DNA of 62,787 bases, filler included, from Squatina squatina (GCA_031763465.1; 4 parts of 4 records of this genome joined end to end with filler, not necessarily neighbours in it); one strand, 5' to 3'. Positions 13,479 through 26,520 are shown, counted from the whole stretch's first letter. The notes: generated from the letters alone by a model not told the origin. A program made the numbers and translations.

Positions 13479-14620
13479 ATTTTTGCCACCTTCTTAGATT
13501 TGTGTACATACACCTTCAGGTCTCTCTGTTCCTGCACCCCTTTTAAAACTGTACTGTTCAGTTTATATTGCCTCTCTTCATTCTTCCTAACAAAATGCAT
13601 CACTTTACATTTCTCTGTGTTAAATTTCATGTCATCTTCGGATGTTGAAATTTTGTCCCATATGCCCAAGTACAGATAATTAATATATATCAAAAAGAGC
13701 AGTGGTCCTACTACCGACCCCCAGGAACACCACTGTATCCTTCCCTCCAGTCTGAAAAACAACTGTTCATCACTACGCTCTACTTTCTGTCCCTTAGCAA
13801 ATCTTGTATCCACAATGCCACTGCCCCATTAATCCCATGAGCTTCAATCTTGCTATAAAGTCTATTATGTGGTATTTTATCATACGCGTTTTGAAAGTCC
13901 ATATACAGAACATCAATCGCATTACCTTCACCAACCTTCTCTGTTACGTCATCAGAGATCCCAACCAAGTTAGTCAAACAAGATTTGCCTTTAACACATC
14001 CATGTTGGCTGTCATTTATTAATTCATATTTTCCAAGTGACAATTAATTTTGTCTTGGACTATTATCTCTAAAAGTTTCTCCACCACAGAAGTTAGGCTG
14101 GCTGGCCTGTAGTTGTTCAGTTTATCCCTGTCCCACAGGTGTGTAACATTTGCAATCCTCCAGTCCTCTGACACTGCTCCCATATCTAAGAAGCCTTGCA
14201 AGATTGTGGCCAGAGCTTCAGCTACCTCCACCCTTACTTCCTTTATCCATTTAGGATGCATCCCATTCGGATCAGGTGACTTTTCTACTTTGAATGCTGC
14301 CAACCTCTTAAGTATCTGCTCTTTTTCTATCTTTATCCAGTCCAAGTTCTCTACTTCCTCTTCCTTGACTGCTACACTGGCAGCATCCTCTTCTCTAGTG
14401 AAGACAGATGCAAAGTACTGATTTACTACCTCAGCCATGCCCTCTGTCTCCACAAGAAGATCTCCTTTTTGGTCCCGAATTGGTCCCATCCTTCTTTTGA
14501 CTACCCTTTTACTACGTATATGTTTATAAAAGACTTTTGGGCTCCCTTTTATGTTAACCGCTAATCTATTCTCACTCTCTCTTTGCCTCTCATTCCCTTT
14601 TTTTAAAAAAAAAAAGGTCT
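13479..14620 (-). mobile_element. Degenerate CR1 LINE ORF2 (reverse transcriptase region)
   Basis: Frameshifted motifs NYRPASLTSVVEKLLE, SQHGCVKGKSCLTNL, DVLYMDFQNAYDKIPH, GSVVGPLLFLIYIN, MKFNTEKCKVMHF. Confidence 0.92.
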
Positions 14621-15577
14621 CCTCTGCACTTTCTATATTCACTTGGTTCTCCACTTTAATTGTCAAAAGGTTCCTTTTTCTGTCTTGATTTATTCTCTAT
14701 ATCTTGAGAATGTTATAATGTTTTTGAGGTTAATAAATTAATTTTTGGCAAACTGAAGCCTGGATATTTTCCTTCACTGTTGTCAGCATAATTTAACAAC
14801 ACGGAAGGGGCAAAAGGTACACAGATTTACACTCAAACTTTGGAATCTTATTTACGTATAAAATACCATTGCTCTTACTAAAAAAACCTTACATACAATG
14901 TTACGGTGGGAGGGATACATTATAGGAAATGTTGAAAGAAAAGACAAGACAAAGTTATCTCTAAAATGTTTTACTAAAAATAAAGCTAATACACAATCAC
15001 TTACCGGCTATACAAACTTAAAAGTTTACAGATGTAGTATGTTTCTATAAAATCCCTTCAAAACGATGCAGGAGCTTTAAAATGACACACTGGGATAATA
15101 ATGTACAAATACTCAATGCATTCATATGAGATTTCTTCCATCACTATTTTAACTCCAACAATTTCTCACGTTGTCACTGCTGTACAGAATTATAAATTCA
15201 CACTTTTATTTTCATTATAAACCTAAAGGGATTAACATTCAATTTCATTCAAATAAACGGCCCACGGGTCTGAACACAATGGCTCTTGACCATTAACTAC
15301 TGCTACATTTCTTTGAGTACAGTTGCCAAAATTAAAAGTCACGTCTGTGTGTCATTCTGAGAGCAAAGTTAATTGCAACAGATGTAGATCAAGAATGGCT
15401 ATATCCAAATGATTCCACAATCTGTGACTAGCAAGATCAGAAACAAATGTTGGGCACGGTGGGGGCAGACCTTAATACTGATCGGAGTGTTCCAATAAGC
15501 AAACTTGGATAGTGATCATATTAAAAGCCAATCTACTTTACATGGGATTAACTGCATTCTGATTTCTTGACTATAAT

Positions 15578-15677
15578 NNNNNNNNNNNNNNNNNNNNNNN
15601 NNNNNNNNNNNNNNNNNNNNNTTAATTAATTAANNNNNNNNNNNNNNNNNNNNNNNNNNNNNNNNNNNNNNNNNNNN
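15578..15677. other. Artificial spacer: 44 N + TTAATTAATTAA + 44 N
   Basis: Palindromic 12-mer at 15622-15633 gives stops in all six frames and is centred in a 100-nt gap. Confidence 0.95.
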
Positions 15678-16519
15678 AATATATACAACTTCAGAAAAGT
15701 TAAGTTGTTTCTTTTATGGGTTTCAACCATGTTAGCTGAATGTTGATTAAACTTCCTGTTAAAAGGTATCATCCAGCTTATATGAAATTATTAACCTTCT
15801 GTTTCTTTTTAATATGATTAAACTTGTCCAATAGATTCTTAAGTAGCATAGCGAAGATCATATAAAGTTTGTTTCAAGAATATGATAGGAACTAATGAGT
15901 TCTTAATGTTATGTAGGATGTCTTGCTAATGATAGGTAGGCTCCTCATGATCTTCCGCCCTGTGCTAAAATTGAATGTCATCTCTCAAAATTTACTTTAT
16001 TTTGAATGTATATTGAACATATCTGAACTCATTTTTATCAAATCTTCTAATGAAGTGTAGCATGAATTCAAACACGCAGAATAAAGTTGACAATACCACT
16101 TTTGTAGGACGTGCCCTTTTAAGTTTATATATATAATATACTATATATTATATATATTATTCAGGTTTCATTATTTACAGGAAGTGACATGTTCAGTAAG
16201 GTCATCTTACTAACATTAAGACCTGGATTTTTAAAACATTTTTGCACCATACACATTAAAACAATAATGTGCAAATTCCCACACAGTGTCAGTGAGGTCA
16301 TAGGGGAGGCACTGAACAGTTCTGCACTGACGGAAGGAGGAGAAAACTGAGGTCAACTCATCTTGTCTTGCCCTAGTACCCGTCCTCAGGGTCTGCTGAA
16401 AAGCAGCATAGGGCGAGGCCTACAAGTAGATCAACTGTTCACCCTTCAGTCAGCAAATGGCCTGTGGTATGGGGAGCAGGGAACCAAAAAAATACCTCGC
16501 AAATATGACATCAAAGAGC

Positions 16520-16710
16520 TTTGCTAATGGCTCATCGGGTAAACGTGCTACCTGAAGTGGTATTGAGCTACACAGATTTAAAGAATCCCAGGGTTCAATG
16601 CTGGGTCTGTACAGTTAGCTGATCCCCGCCAGCATTGGGGTAGGTGCACCGTAATTGGCTAGTGTTCCTGGGCTACGAAGGGAACTAAAAAACAATCAGG
16701 GCTTTCTGTT
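16520..16710 (+). repeat. Old SINE-like repeat family copy
   Basis: Shares the cccagggttcaatgc...gttagctgat...aattggc block with 23860-24215, 25335-25690 and 37860-38180. Confidence 0.5.
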
Positions 16711-16959
16711 CCTGTGTCTTTATGTGCATCAACGTCATAAGACTTTGGGGGTGAAATTGGTGTACACCAATGGTGGGTAGAGAATTAGCAGCCTGATTTT
16801 GTTTCCCAATGGGTGCTGTTTAATGCTGTTTCCCAATGNNNNNNNNNNNNNNNNNNNNNNNNNNNNNNNNNNNNNNNNNNNNNNNNNNNNNNNNNNNNNN
16901 NNNNNNNNNNNNNNNNNNNNNNNNNNNNNNNNNNNNNNCCGGCCTCCACTCCATTTGCG

Positions 16960-17300
16960 TCTCCATCTACCACCACAGGATAAGTCTAAAGGTGCAGAAA
17001 ATGGCATATTGCTTGACCATGAGCTCAGCTTTCTTCCTCACATCTGATCCATCACCAAGATCACTTCTTTCACCTTTACAACATTACTTGCTTCTACCCC
17101 TACCTCTCCCCCTCCATCGGCAAAATCCTAATGTAAACTTGCCTCACCTCACAACTGCACTTTTTGTCTTCACTGATTTTACCATCCATAAACTACAAGC
17201 ATTCCAGAATGCCTGTGTCCTCACCCACATGGAGGCCTACATGCGCATCGCCCTGTCCTCACCAAGATTCTATTGCTTCCCCGAGTTTAACACTTTGAGA
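16960..17300 (+). mobile_element. Degenerate L2-type LINE fragment
   Basis: tttgaccctgagctgagcttc / catcaccaagaccgcctacttccacctc-like and accctccataaact-like blocks typical of fish L2 ORF2 3' region. Confidence 0.5.
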
Positions 17301-17945
17301 TCTATAGCATTTATAATTCAGTGTATTTGAAATGTATTATCAATGAAGACATGTATATTTCCAGAGCTACTTAATATTAATCATCAGAAATCTATGATAA
17401 AAAGAACCTGCTTTGTGTATACATATATACTGTATTACAACTTGTGTCTATTTCCAACTCTGCATGGGAAATGGTAGTACTCAAAAGATTAACCCTTTAA
17501 TTAGTCAGCCTGCCATTTGATATATTCCTTACTTAGTGGGTGTATGATGAAATGTAACTTGCTTTATTTTACTGGAAGCGGAAATATCAATAGTTACTGA
17601 AAAGTAAAAGTCCACAACATCAAACGCTAGAATTTATTAATGCAGCACCAAACACCTAAAGCATACGTTGAAAGAAATTATGAATAATAATGAAATGACA
17701 TTGGACCCAGCAGTAAAATAAGCCTACAAATAGGTTTGTCTGCAGACTATAATAACTGGCAATTTAGCAAATCACAATTTGCAGCTGGCCTGCAATTTCT
17801 TTGTGTGTGTGTAAATTTGCATTTTACAGCAAAACTGCAAATATANNNNNNNNNNNNNNNNNNNNNNNNNNNNNNNNNNNNNNNNNNNNNNNNNNNNNNN
17901 NNNNNNNNNNNNNNNNNNNNNNNNNNNNNNNNNNNNNNNNNNNNN

Positions 17946-18831
17946 CCGTGGACTGGGAGAGTTATGAAGAGCAGCAAAGGGTTACAAAAAAAATGGTAAG
18001 TGGCAAAAGTTATTGTGAGGAAAAGCTTGCGAGGGATATTAAGGACAGCACTAAAGGTTTTTACAAATATTTTAAGAGAAAGAGGGTGGCTAAGTGGCAG
18101 ATACAGGTGATATAATTGAAAATCAGGAAATGGCAAACTTACCAAATAACTACTTTTTGTATCGGTTTTCACAGTAGAGGGTGTGGATAAAGTACCAGAG
18201 ATACAAGGAAACTAAAAATAAATCAAGGGGAGGATCTAATTAGATTCAACATCAGTAAAAGTGCTGATGAAGAAACCAACGAGATTAAAGATAGATGAAT
18301 TTCCAAGACCCAATGCTTTCTGCCCCAGGGTATGAATAGAACTAGGTGAGGCTATGTTATGATCTTCCAAAACACACTTGATTCTGGAATTGTCCCTTTT
18401 GGATTGGAAAATGGGCGTGTCACTATTATTTAAGCAGGATAGGAGAGATAAACTAGGAAATTATAGGGCTATTAGTCTAACGTCAGTTGTGGGAAGTTAC
18501 TAGAATCTGTTATTTGGGACAAAATGAACTGTTGTACAAATATAAGTTGATCAGAGAGCCAGCACGGATTTGCAAAGGGTAAGTCATGTGTAATGAACCT
18601 AGTTGAATTTTTGAGGAGGTTACTTACATGGGCTTCCAGAAGGCTTTCGATAAAGGTTCCACATAATAGACTTTAACAAAAATAAGAGTCCATGGAATTG
18701 GTGGCAACCTATTGATGGTAGGGAATTGGTTTGGAGGTAGAAGAGAGTAGGGATAATGGGAATATACTCAAATTGGCAGGATGTGACTAATGGTGTCCCT
18801 CAGGGCTCAGCTTTTCACTGTATATCCAAAT
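17946..18831 (+). mobile_element. Degenerate CR1 LINE ORF2 fragment
   Basis: EEKLARDIKDSTKGFYKYFKRKR, GNYRAISLTSVVG, SQHGFAKGKSCVMNLVEF, WQDVTNGVPQGS. Confidence 0.88.
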
Positions 18832-19607
18832 NNNNNNNNNNNNNNNNNNNNNNNNNNNNNNNNNNNNNNNNNNNNNNNNNNNNNNNNNNNNNNNNNNNNN
18901 NNNNNNNNNNNNNNNNNNNNNNNNNNNNNNNGGTGAGAGATGCTGTGATTAACATGCCGTGAATCTGCCACAGGTAAGTTCAGATTAATTATTATGGGTT
19001 TTTTTACCCCATCCAGTAACAGCTCACAGCTTGCATGCCAGCCTCTGTCGCTCCACTGGAGTAGAGTTGTACTGATTATTTTAGTTGGCCCTGTGTGTTA
19101 GGCCAGAAATAAAGCCCCTTATCTGATGGCCTGCTTTTCTTATCCACAGTCCCAGCTGCAACATGTCTACCACAAAAGCAGGTGATACGGATAAGGTTTT
19201 TGGTGAGTAGATGCTGGGGTATTGTTCAACTGAGCCTTTTAACTACAGTATTTATAGAAAGCTCAGCAGGACAAATTCTTGTTTCAACTCTTGCATCCTG
19301 ACTGTCGGATGGCAATTTGCTCTTATCCACTCAATAATTAAATCATCTTTAGTATACAACAAATAATTCTATGGAAAACAAGCAATTATTATGGTCCAGG
19401 ACCATACTAAAACAAAATATATGGAAGTATGAATGAGCTATTGATTTAATGTCTAAACACACAGAGAATATATTGTAACCCTTTACCTGAAGGGAGAAAC
19501 CAGGCAAGACAGGATAACGAGCAGTAGTTTATGCGAAGTAACTCCATATATTTGCATTATGTGTTCAGAGAAAATGGTTGATCTTTTAACTGCTTCATTT
19601 TAAGCAG

Positions 19608-19671
19608 ATGGTGCTGATGAATTGTACTCTGTGTTGATGGATATGAAGAGGAACTTTATTGACACTGGAGA
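19608..19671 (+). CDS. Unidentified candidate exon ((D)GADELYSVLMDMKRNFIDTG)
   Basis: Acceptor ttcattttaagcAG and donor GTatgt; only the phase-1 frame is open. Confidence 0.35.
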
Positions 19672-20947
19672 GTATGTTTCAGCCTCATCTGGCAGTGTTC
19701 TGGCTATGCTCGTGAAACAATATATTGTTCAACATGAAATAGATTTACCCTAGGATACTATTGTTAACTTGACTGTTACAAGCTTTCTTAAATCATTGAT
19801 GAGGTGAAAGCCACTCACTGATAGCCGCTACATAGTTATTGGGGTAGCAGGCATGTATGTATATGTACATAGACAGCGAGAAAACTAAGTAGAAGAGATC
19901 AGATAGAATTACATGNNNNNNNNNNNNNNNNNNNNNNNNNNNNNNNNNNNNNNNNNNNNNNNNNNNNNNNNNNNNNNNNNNNNNNNNNNNNNNNNNNNNN
20001 NNNNNNNNNNNNNNNCCACTACGCTACCGAGTCCCAGACTCCTCCATCACCATATATATCATATATATATATATATATGATTCCTAATTCAAAATGATAA
20101 AGCTTTGATGTATATCTTTCAACATTCTACACTGTGATTTCATAGGATTTTTATAAATATAATCCTGTGGGCCACAATGCAAATCTCATAGCATCTGTCC
20201 ATAACCTTTCTCTCAATTTCCTTTGCCCTCCTATGCACTCCAATCTTTCTGACTTTAATTTTCATTCCATTTGCCATTCAGTGACAAAGGTTTGTATGAT
20301 GTATGATAACATTGCTGGTGAACTGTGAATCATACCGAGACTGATGCAACTCTTAACAAATACCAAATTGATACAATGAAGGACTGTAAATGCAATTTTG
20401 CAGAAGAATTGAGCATTGTATTGTAGCATCTATTATTTATTTTTAGAAAGTTGATAGTAGGTGCTGTACGGGAAGTTAAGTGTGTCATTTATTCCAGCAG
20501 TACAAGAGAATGAATAATTTGCAACTGGAGAAGTTGCCACTGAGGTCTACAAACCTCACTGTAAACTGGAATAACAGGACCAAAAATCCTCAGCGCTGCT
20601 CCATTGCCATAAGTGTGGCAGAGTCAGAATCCTACTGTGCCTGTGACCTCTGTTCTTACCCCAACTGAGTATCCTGGATCACTGGGGCCTACTTTCAATA
20701 TTTCTGGCAAGTCTGGAGTGAACTTAGGCATCCCTTAGGGTGTGGAAGGATGTGGCGAGCTGCTGGTGGTGGGGAGTGAACACAACATTTCTGCCAACTT
20801 CAGAAGCCAAAGAAATCTTTCAAAGAGCCCAGTTTCTAAGAGGGTTCNNNNNNNNNNNNNNNNNNNNNNNNNNNNNNNNNNNNNNNNNNNNNNNNNNNNN
20901 NNNNNNNNNNNNNNNNNNNNNNNNNNNNNNNNNNNNNNNNNNNNNNN

Positions 20948-21280
20948 ATAGGAAACTACTATTACCCTTGGCTGAGGGGTCAATAACGGGGGCCATAGAT
21001 TTAGGGTAAGAGGCAGGAGGTTTAGAGGCGATTCGAGGGGAATTTTTTTTACGCAGAGGGTGGTGTGGATCTGGAACTCACTGCCTGAAGGGGTGGTAGA
21101 GGCAGAAACCCTCTGAACATTTAAGAAGTATTTTGATGCGCACTTGAAGTGCCATTATCTACAAGGCTATGGACCAAGTGCTGGAAAGTGGGATTAAGCT
21201 GGATAGCTATTTGTCGGCCGGTGCGGACATGATGGGCTGAATGGCCTCCTTCCATGCTGTAAATTTCTATGATTCTATGA
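20948..21280 (+). mobile_element. CR1 LINE 3' end
   Basis: TGGHRFRVRG and FFTQRVVWIWNSLPEGVVEA coding remnant, gggctgaatggcct 3' motif and (TTCTATGA)2 tail. Confidence 0.9.
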
Positions 21281-21289
21281 TGACTATGA

Positions 21290-21430
21290 ATTTGCGTTTG
21301 GTCTCCACAATATAGAGAGCCGTGAATACAGTGTACTAAATTGAAAGAAGTACAAGTAAATTGCTGTTTTATTTGGTATTTGGGGCCCTGGACAGTGGGA
21401 AGGGAGGAGGTGAAAGGGCAAGTATTACAT
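21290..21430 (-). mobile_element. Penelope-like GIY-YIG fragment
   Basis: tttggtctcc...aattgaaagaagtacaagtaaattgctgttt matches 5115-5250 and 31712-31830. Confidence 0.65.
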
Positions 21431-22980
21431 TTTAAATGTAAGCAACTTATTTGACTCAGTATGTGAGCACAGAACTACAGGTTGAAAATGAATGAGGCAG
21501 AAGCTGGACTACAAATAGAAGAAATGTTTCTTTTGCACAGTCTGGTAGATATGCGAAATCGGCTCCAAGGAAAAGCATTTGATCCTGTGTTAAGTAACTC
21601 AAAAAGGGAGCAAGCAAAACTTTTGGTTGTGAACAGAAGTGAGCCAATAGACACAAATGGAGACTAAGCAAATGGTTCCTGTGCTCCTTGTGTTGGAGGA
21701 CATTTAGTGGGAGGGGGGAGGGGTTGTCTGTGGGGATCATCAGAAGAGGTTTCAGTTATGGGCATGGCTGGACATCCTGCGGCTTTGTTTGATTATCTTG
21801 AAAGATCAGTGTAATTAAGCAAGTCTGTAAATGAAATGGATGGGGTCAGGTACGATCAATTGTGCAATCTCTAAGGAAGAAGCAGGCATGTTGAGCTGAA
21901 TGGTCATTTCTCATCCCATGTTTTCTTACTTTCTTAAGCTGTGCAACATTTTCCAGCTGAATCAGTGGATCCGTACCCTCCTCCCAGGCCTCTGCTGCTC
22001 CTGTTTGATACTCAGCAGTTATAGAGTTTGCAGGTGTGCCATGGTGTTGCTCATGTCCCAAATCTTCTAACTCTCCCTCCCAGTGTGGAACTAGTTAAAG
22101 GCACGTCTCCCCTTTATTTATGATCAGGCATGAGAAATTGCCATGTGGGGAAATTTTGTGGTTAAACCCACACCTTCCCATGCCACACATTAGCATTCCA
22201 ACGTGCTGTGCCAATGGGCCACTATACAGTAAGTTATGTTTATGTGTATACCATCAGAATTACACAGGAAAAAAACAGTTCCCATTCTGTCGGACTTTCT
22301 ACCAATATTAGAACATTTATGAAGCTACTGAAAAGTTTACAAAGGGGAGTTTATTTAACACAAACATTATTGCTCTTGAATGTACAAGTGAAGTTTCAGA
22401 CACAAATTCAGGGTTGTGCTGTCACTAATTAGTCAATAACTGCTGCACTCTTTCTGTAATCAGTTGTTGTTGCTTCCAAATCAGTCACTGAGGTTTAAGG
22501 ATCCGGACGTATTGTTTTTGGCCCAGCCTTTGGTATTTTCGCAGGACTAATCAATAATTTAAGGCCCAGTACTGCTCCCTGACAAGCTGCTGATGTTTTG
22601 TGCCTTAATTCAGTCTCAATTATTCTCCTGTGTACCGGCGTTTTGGACATTGTAATAGGCTCGGATGCGTGGGAGTGTTCTCATTAATACTCAATTATTA
22701 TTTTAATAAAAGGAGGAGACCTAATTCCAATTTTTCTTTACAGTACTAATGGTATCCAGAGGGTTAGAAGGGCTGATGTGAAGATTTTACTAATGGGAAT
22801 GATATTACTCCTACTGGTAAAACCGCACTGTGGATCAGATCTCAAGCACCTTGTTTGCCTTCGTGTAAATGGGGAAGAAGNNNNNNNNNNNNNNNNNNNN
22901 NNNNNNNNNNNNNNNNNNNNNNNNNNNNNNNNNNNNNNNNNNNNNNNNNNNNNNNNNNNNNNNNNNNNNNNNNNNNNNNN

Positions 22981-23220
22981 ATCCCCCACCCTTTCTCCGT
23001 CGTCCCTTTGCCACTTATGCTGTTCGCCTCAACTACTCATTCTAACCACTCTTTGGGTAAAGAAGTTTCTCCTGAATGCCTTTTTGGATTTATTAGTGAC
23101 TATCTTATACTTATGGCCCTTAGTTCTGGTCTCCCCCATAAGTGGAAACATCTTCTGTACGTCTACCCTGTCAAACTAAGAATCTTAAAAATGCCTATCG
23201 GGTCACCCCTTAGACTTAGC
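22981..23220 (-). mobile_element. CR1 LINE fragment
   Basis: Minus strand encodes MFPLMGETRTKGHKYKI and RRNFFTQRVVR, the CR1 ORF2 C-terminus. Confidence 0.75.
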
Positions 23221-23859
23221 AAACGCTTTATTAAATTCCTCAATCTGCTACTTCAACAGAGGATGAACTCATTTTAACTAATATATGTTTGAAGCAAATA
23301 AATATAGGCACAAATTCAACTTAGGGCGTTACAACAGCTGTCAAAGAACTAATTTCTACTTGGAGAAATAAATCGTCAGCCTACATAAACGTTAAAAGTT
23401 TCTTTGCTCTTTGATTTTTTTTTAAATAAAAGTGCATAACTTTATGAGAACTACTTTGTGCAGCTTGCCATCGCTGCAGGTGGTATTTTCAGACTGTTGG
23501 AGTTACATTTGGCAGTAGTGGTCGGAGAAGCTGCTTTCTAAAAAAAGGCTCAGGCACAAGATGAAACAAAGTGCCAGCCCAGTTCCCAGTGGTACACATG
23601 CTTCAATATCAAATATTAGGGGAGACAGTTACTTCAAAGCCAGAGGATGTCTTTCATCAAAATNNNNNNNNNNAAGACACAGAAAATATGCCTCAGACAG
23701 AATTCACGTACTTTTGCACAGAAAGGCTAAGTAATTAAGAAAAACACTTGACAATTATGCTCATATAAAGATCCATCTCGAGTGCATCCATTGTAATCTG
23801 AGCAACAATACTTAATATTGTGCCCAATACTGAAATTAATAGTGATGTCAGTGCCATAC

Positions 23860-24215
23860 AAGTATAGTACCATAATATACAGACTAGGGCTCATGGTTTC
23901 AATCCCTCGTCTGTGCTAAATTAGCTAATGGAGTGCTACGGTTCGCACCAGTAACCTTGCACATAAATGTAAGTTGCTGTTTAGGCAAACACCAGCCAGG
24001 GTTCCTGCTCCTGACTTATCATGAACATCTGCTAGAAACGCACACATGGACATTGCATGAGCACAGGTTTGAGCTTGGCTCCAATTCTATACGTGGTGGA
24101 AGTGTCTTGGATCAAACATTAAGAATGGGGACTCGTGCAATGTACGAAAGAAATGCCACTGCCCATGGATCTGTTCCCCAGCAAAGTCAGCACTTTCAGA
24201 AGAGGCGGGGGTGGA
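23860..24215 (+). repeat. Old SINE-like repeat family copy
   Basis: Similar to 25335-25690 (ggtttcaatccctcgtctgtgctaaattagct...ccagggttcctgctcctgac). Confidence 0.5.
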
Positions 24216-25129
24216 AAAGCAAGAAGAAACACTATCCTTTGCTTTCCCCCCCCACCAACCCTTTGTCTATCCATGTGGCCACATGCCCCTTAATTCCATG
24301 TGCTATTATGTGCAACCTTATCAAATATATTTTGGAGGTCCATATAAACCACACACATGACATTTTCTTTATCTATTCTCTCTGTTATTTCTTCAAAGAA
24401 TTCTATAAGATTGGCCAGATCACATCTTTGTGTCTCATTAGGACTGTTGCTTCTGGATCATTTCTCATCAGGACTGCAGCTGCTAATATAATTTAAGAAC
24501 AACTTCTTTATGTTTTCTCAGCAACATTTGTTTATAATTCAGTGGATTTTAAATAAATAGGGTTATTAACGAATTTCAATTGTTGAATTTTTGAAGTATA
24601 ATTTATCCACATACAACTGGCTATTAAAAGTTACTTTCATTCAAATTGACTGCAAAATAAGCTGATTTGGTGATTCTAAATCTTGAAAGGCCTCACCATA
24701 CTGGAGATGGAGCATATCTGTGCGCACTTTTTCCCATGTATACATATGCAATATTCATACTCATTCTCTACCCAAAACAGACTCGCTGTAAACGTACAAT
24801 GCAAATTACAATGTTTATGGAATTAATTGTGCCTTGGTGGATTTTGAATTTATGACCTCTAACCAACCAGTCCAGTAGCATAGCCACGATACTGTGATAC
24901 CTCCAAACACTTGAGCAGAAAGCAACTAATCTGTGCTTTACAGTGATTTTGGTTTAATTCTAGTCATGTAGTTAGACTTAGGCATTCCATAATTGATGTG
25001 ACATATAATTTTATATACTCCAGACTTCAAAAAATGAGTTTAGTCTAATTCCATGTGGATAAATTTACGTGTTCATATTATCATTAATACTGTTCTTACT
25101 GGTATTAATTACATTTAATATTGCCGCAG

Positions 25130-25287
25130 ATTTTAATGAGGTGATACCAGAGACTGAAAGACTTGACAGCAGCTTGCAGAAAGCCCGAGCTCAGCTCTCT
25201 GTCAAGGCAAGGCGACAGAGGCCATCTCGATCTCGACTACGAGATAGCATAAGCTCCACGGAGGGAGATGACAGCCTGGAAAGAAAG
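25130..25287 (+). CDS. SAMD14: SAMD14 / neurabin-1 (PPP1R9A)-family exon: (D)FNEVIPETERLDSSLQKARAQLSVKARRQRPSRSRLRDSISSTEGDDSLERK
   Basis: gcAG acceptor (25128-9) and GTaaat donor (25288); LDSSLxKARAQL and RPSRSRLRDS recall SAMD14, while ETERLDS and DSLERK recall PPP1R9A; paralogue assignment uncertain. Confidence 0.7.
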
Positions 25288-25334
25288 GTAAATGATTTCT
25301 TTTTTGACGATAGCACCGAAAAGTCCCCCACCCT

Positions 25335-25690
25335 CACCCAGCATGGGTCATTTGGTAAAGACAGTGTGGTGTTGAGCAGTACATCCAGAGGATCCCAGGT
25401 TCAATGCTAGCCTGTGCTAAATGAGCTGATCTCAGTCGGTCAGTGGTAGGTGGCGCTTCGACTGGCCTCAGTGTCCCTTGGTTATGAAAAGGGGGAAATG
25501 AGCCCATGTTTTCAACCTGGCTGCTGTTCAGTGAACTCTGCTGGAAAGTGGTGTGCATGGACGTCGGGTGAGGACAGCGCAGGACTTGGCCACGATGTCC
25601 TCCAGGGTTAAATAGCCACCTAGCATTCATTGTTTAGGCTCACAAATGAAGAATTGCCTTTTGGGTGAGGTGGTGAAGTGTGCCTAGGGA
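25335..25690 (+). repeat. SINE-like repeat, best-preserved copy of the family
   Basis: B-box-like ggttcaatgc near the 5' end and a body shared with three other copies in this window. Confidence 0.55.
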
Positions 25691-25746
25691 CCATATCCTA
25701 ATGGGAATCAAAGTCTTCAGGAGCGGGTGTAACGGGAGAAAATTCT

Positions 25747-26520
25747 GGGGGAGGAATTCGCATTGTTTGCGCCTCCCGTTAGTGCCCCCTGGGGGAGGGG
25801 TGCTAACGGGGCGCAAACGATTTCTCACCCGGGTGGGGGAGGGGAGGGGGCAGTGACCACCTCCCGCGAAGTTGCGCGGGAGTTAGCAGAGGTGCAAACC
25901 GGTAGCAGCCTGGGCCGCTGCGCTGACGATGATGACGTCATTGCCGTGCGTAGTGACCCATTTTTGCTCCGCAGCGGAAATTGGGTAGCTCCCCATGAGC
26001 TCGAACCGGGCAGCACTCCGCTCACGGGGTGAAAAGTAAAGGCGAGCTGCACGGCGGAAATTTATTTTCCAGGGCAACTTACCGGTCCGGCCTTCTGTGG
26101 TCTATTTCGTGGGGTCTGTGCCGCGATGGTGCAGCCCAGCACTCTGCTTCTGTGGTAGTCTGCGGCCACAGCATCCCTGGCGGCCTCGTGGNNNNNNNNN
26201 NNNNNNNNNNNNNNNNNNNNNNNNNNNNNNNNNNNNNNNNNNNNNNNNNNNNNNNNNNNNNNNNNNNNNNNNNNNNNNNNNNNNNNNNNNNGCCCCCAAA
26301 AGGTAAGTTTTTCTTAAATTTGAAAAAAGATTCTTGTGGAGCCAGGAGGGAAAAGAGTGCTTCCCCCCGACTCCGCAGTATCCAGGTTGCCACCCACTCC
26401 TCACATTGTCGCTCCACCTCCCTCTAAGGACTCACCTTTGGGCCGCTGCCGGTGAGACATGACTGACACTGACAGCTCGCGCAAAAATGTTAATGAGACG
26501 AGGACCAATTTTGGGCCAAC
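25747..26520. mobile_element. GC/CpG-rich non-autonomous DNA transposon-like sequence, interrupted by a gap
   Basis: Starts gggggaggaatt, ends aattttgggcc, has a subterminal hairpin at 25765-25818; no credible ORF. Confidence 0.5.

Noticed and set aside
15622-15633. TTAATTAATTAA as a piggyBac TTAA footprint or biological motif
   Set aside because: It is centred exactly within N runs three times, so it is artificial.
21482-21667. 61-aa ORF with plausible composition
   Set aside because: No polypyrimidine acceptor, an in-frame stop just upstream, and no recognised homologue; too weak to call.
23933-24496. 187-aa plus-strand ORF
   Set aside because: It overlaps SINE-like and degraded repeat sequence, and the peptide is not protein-like.
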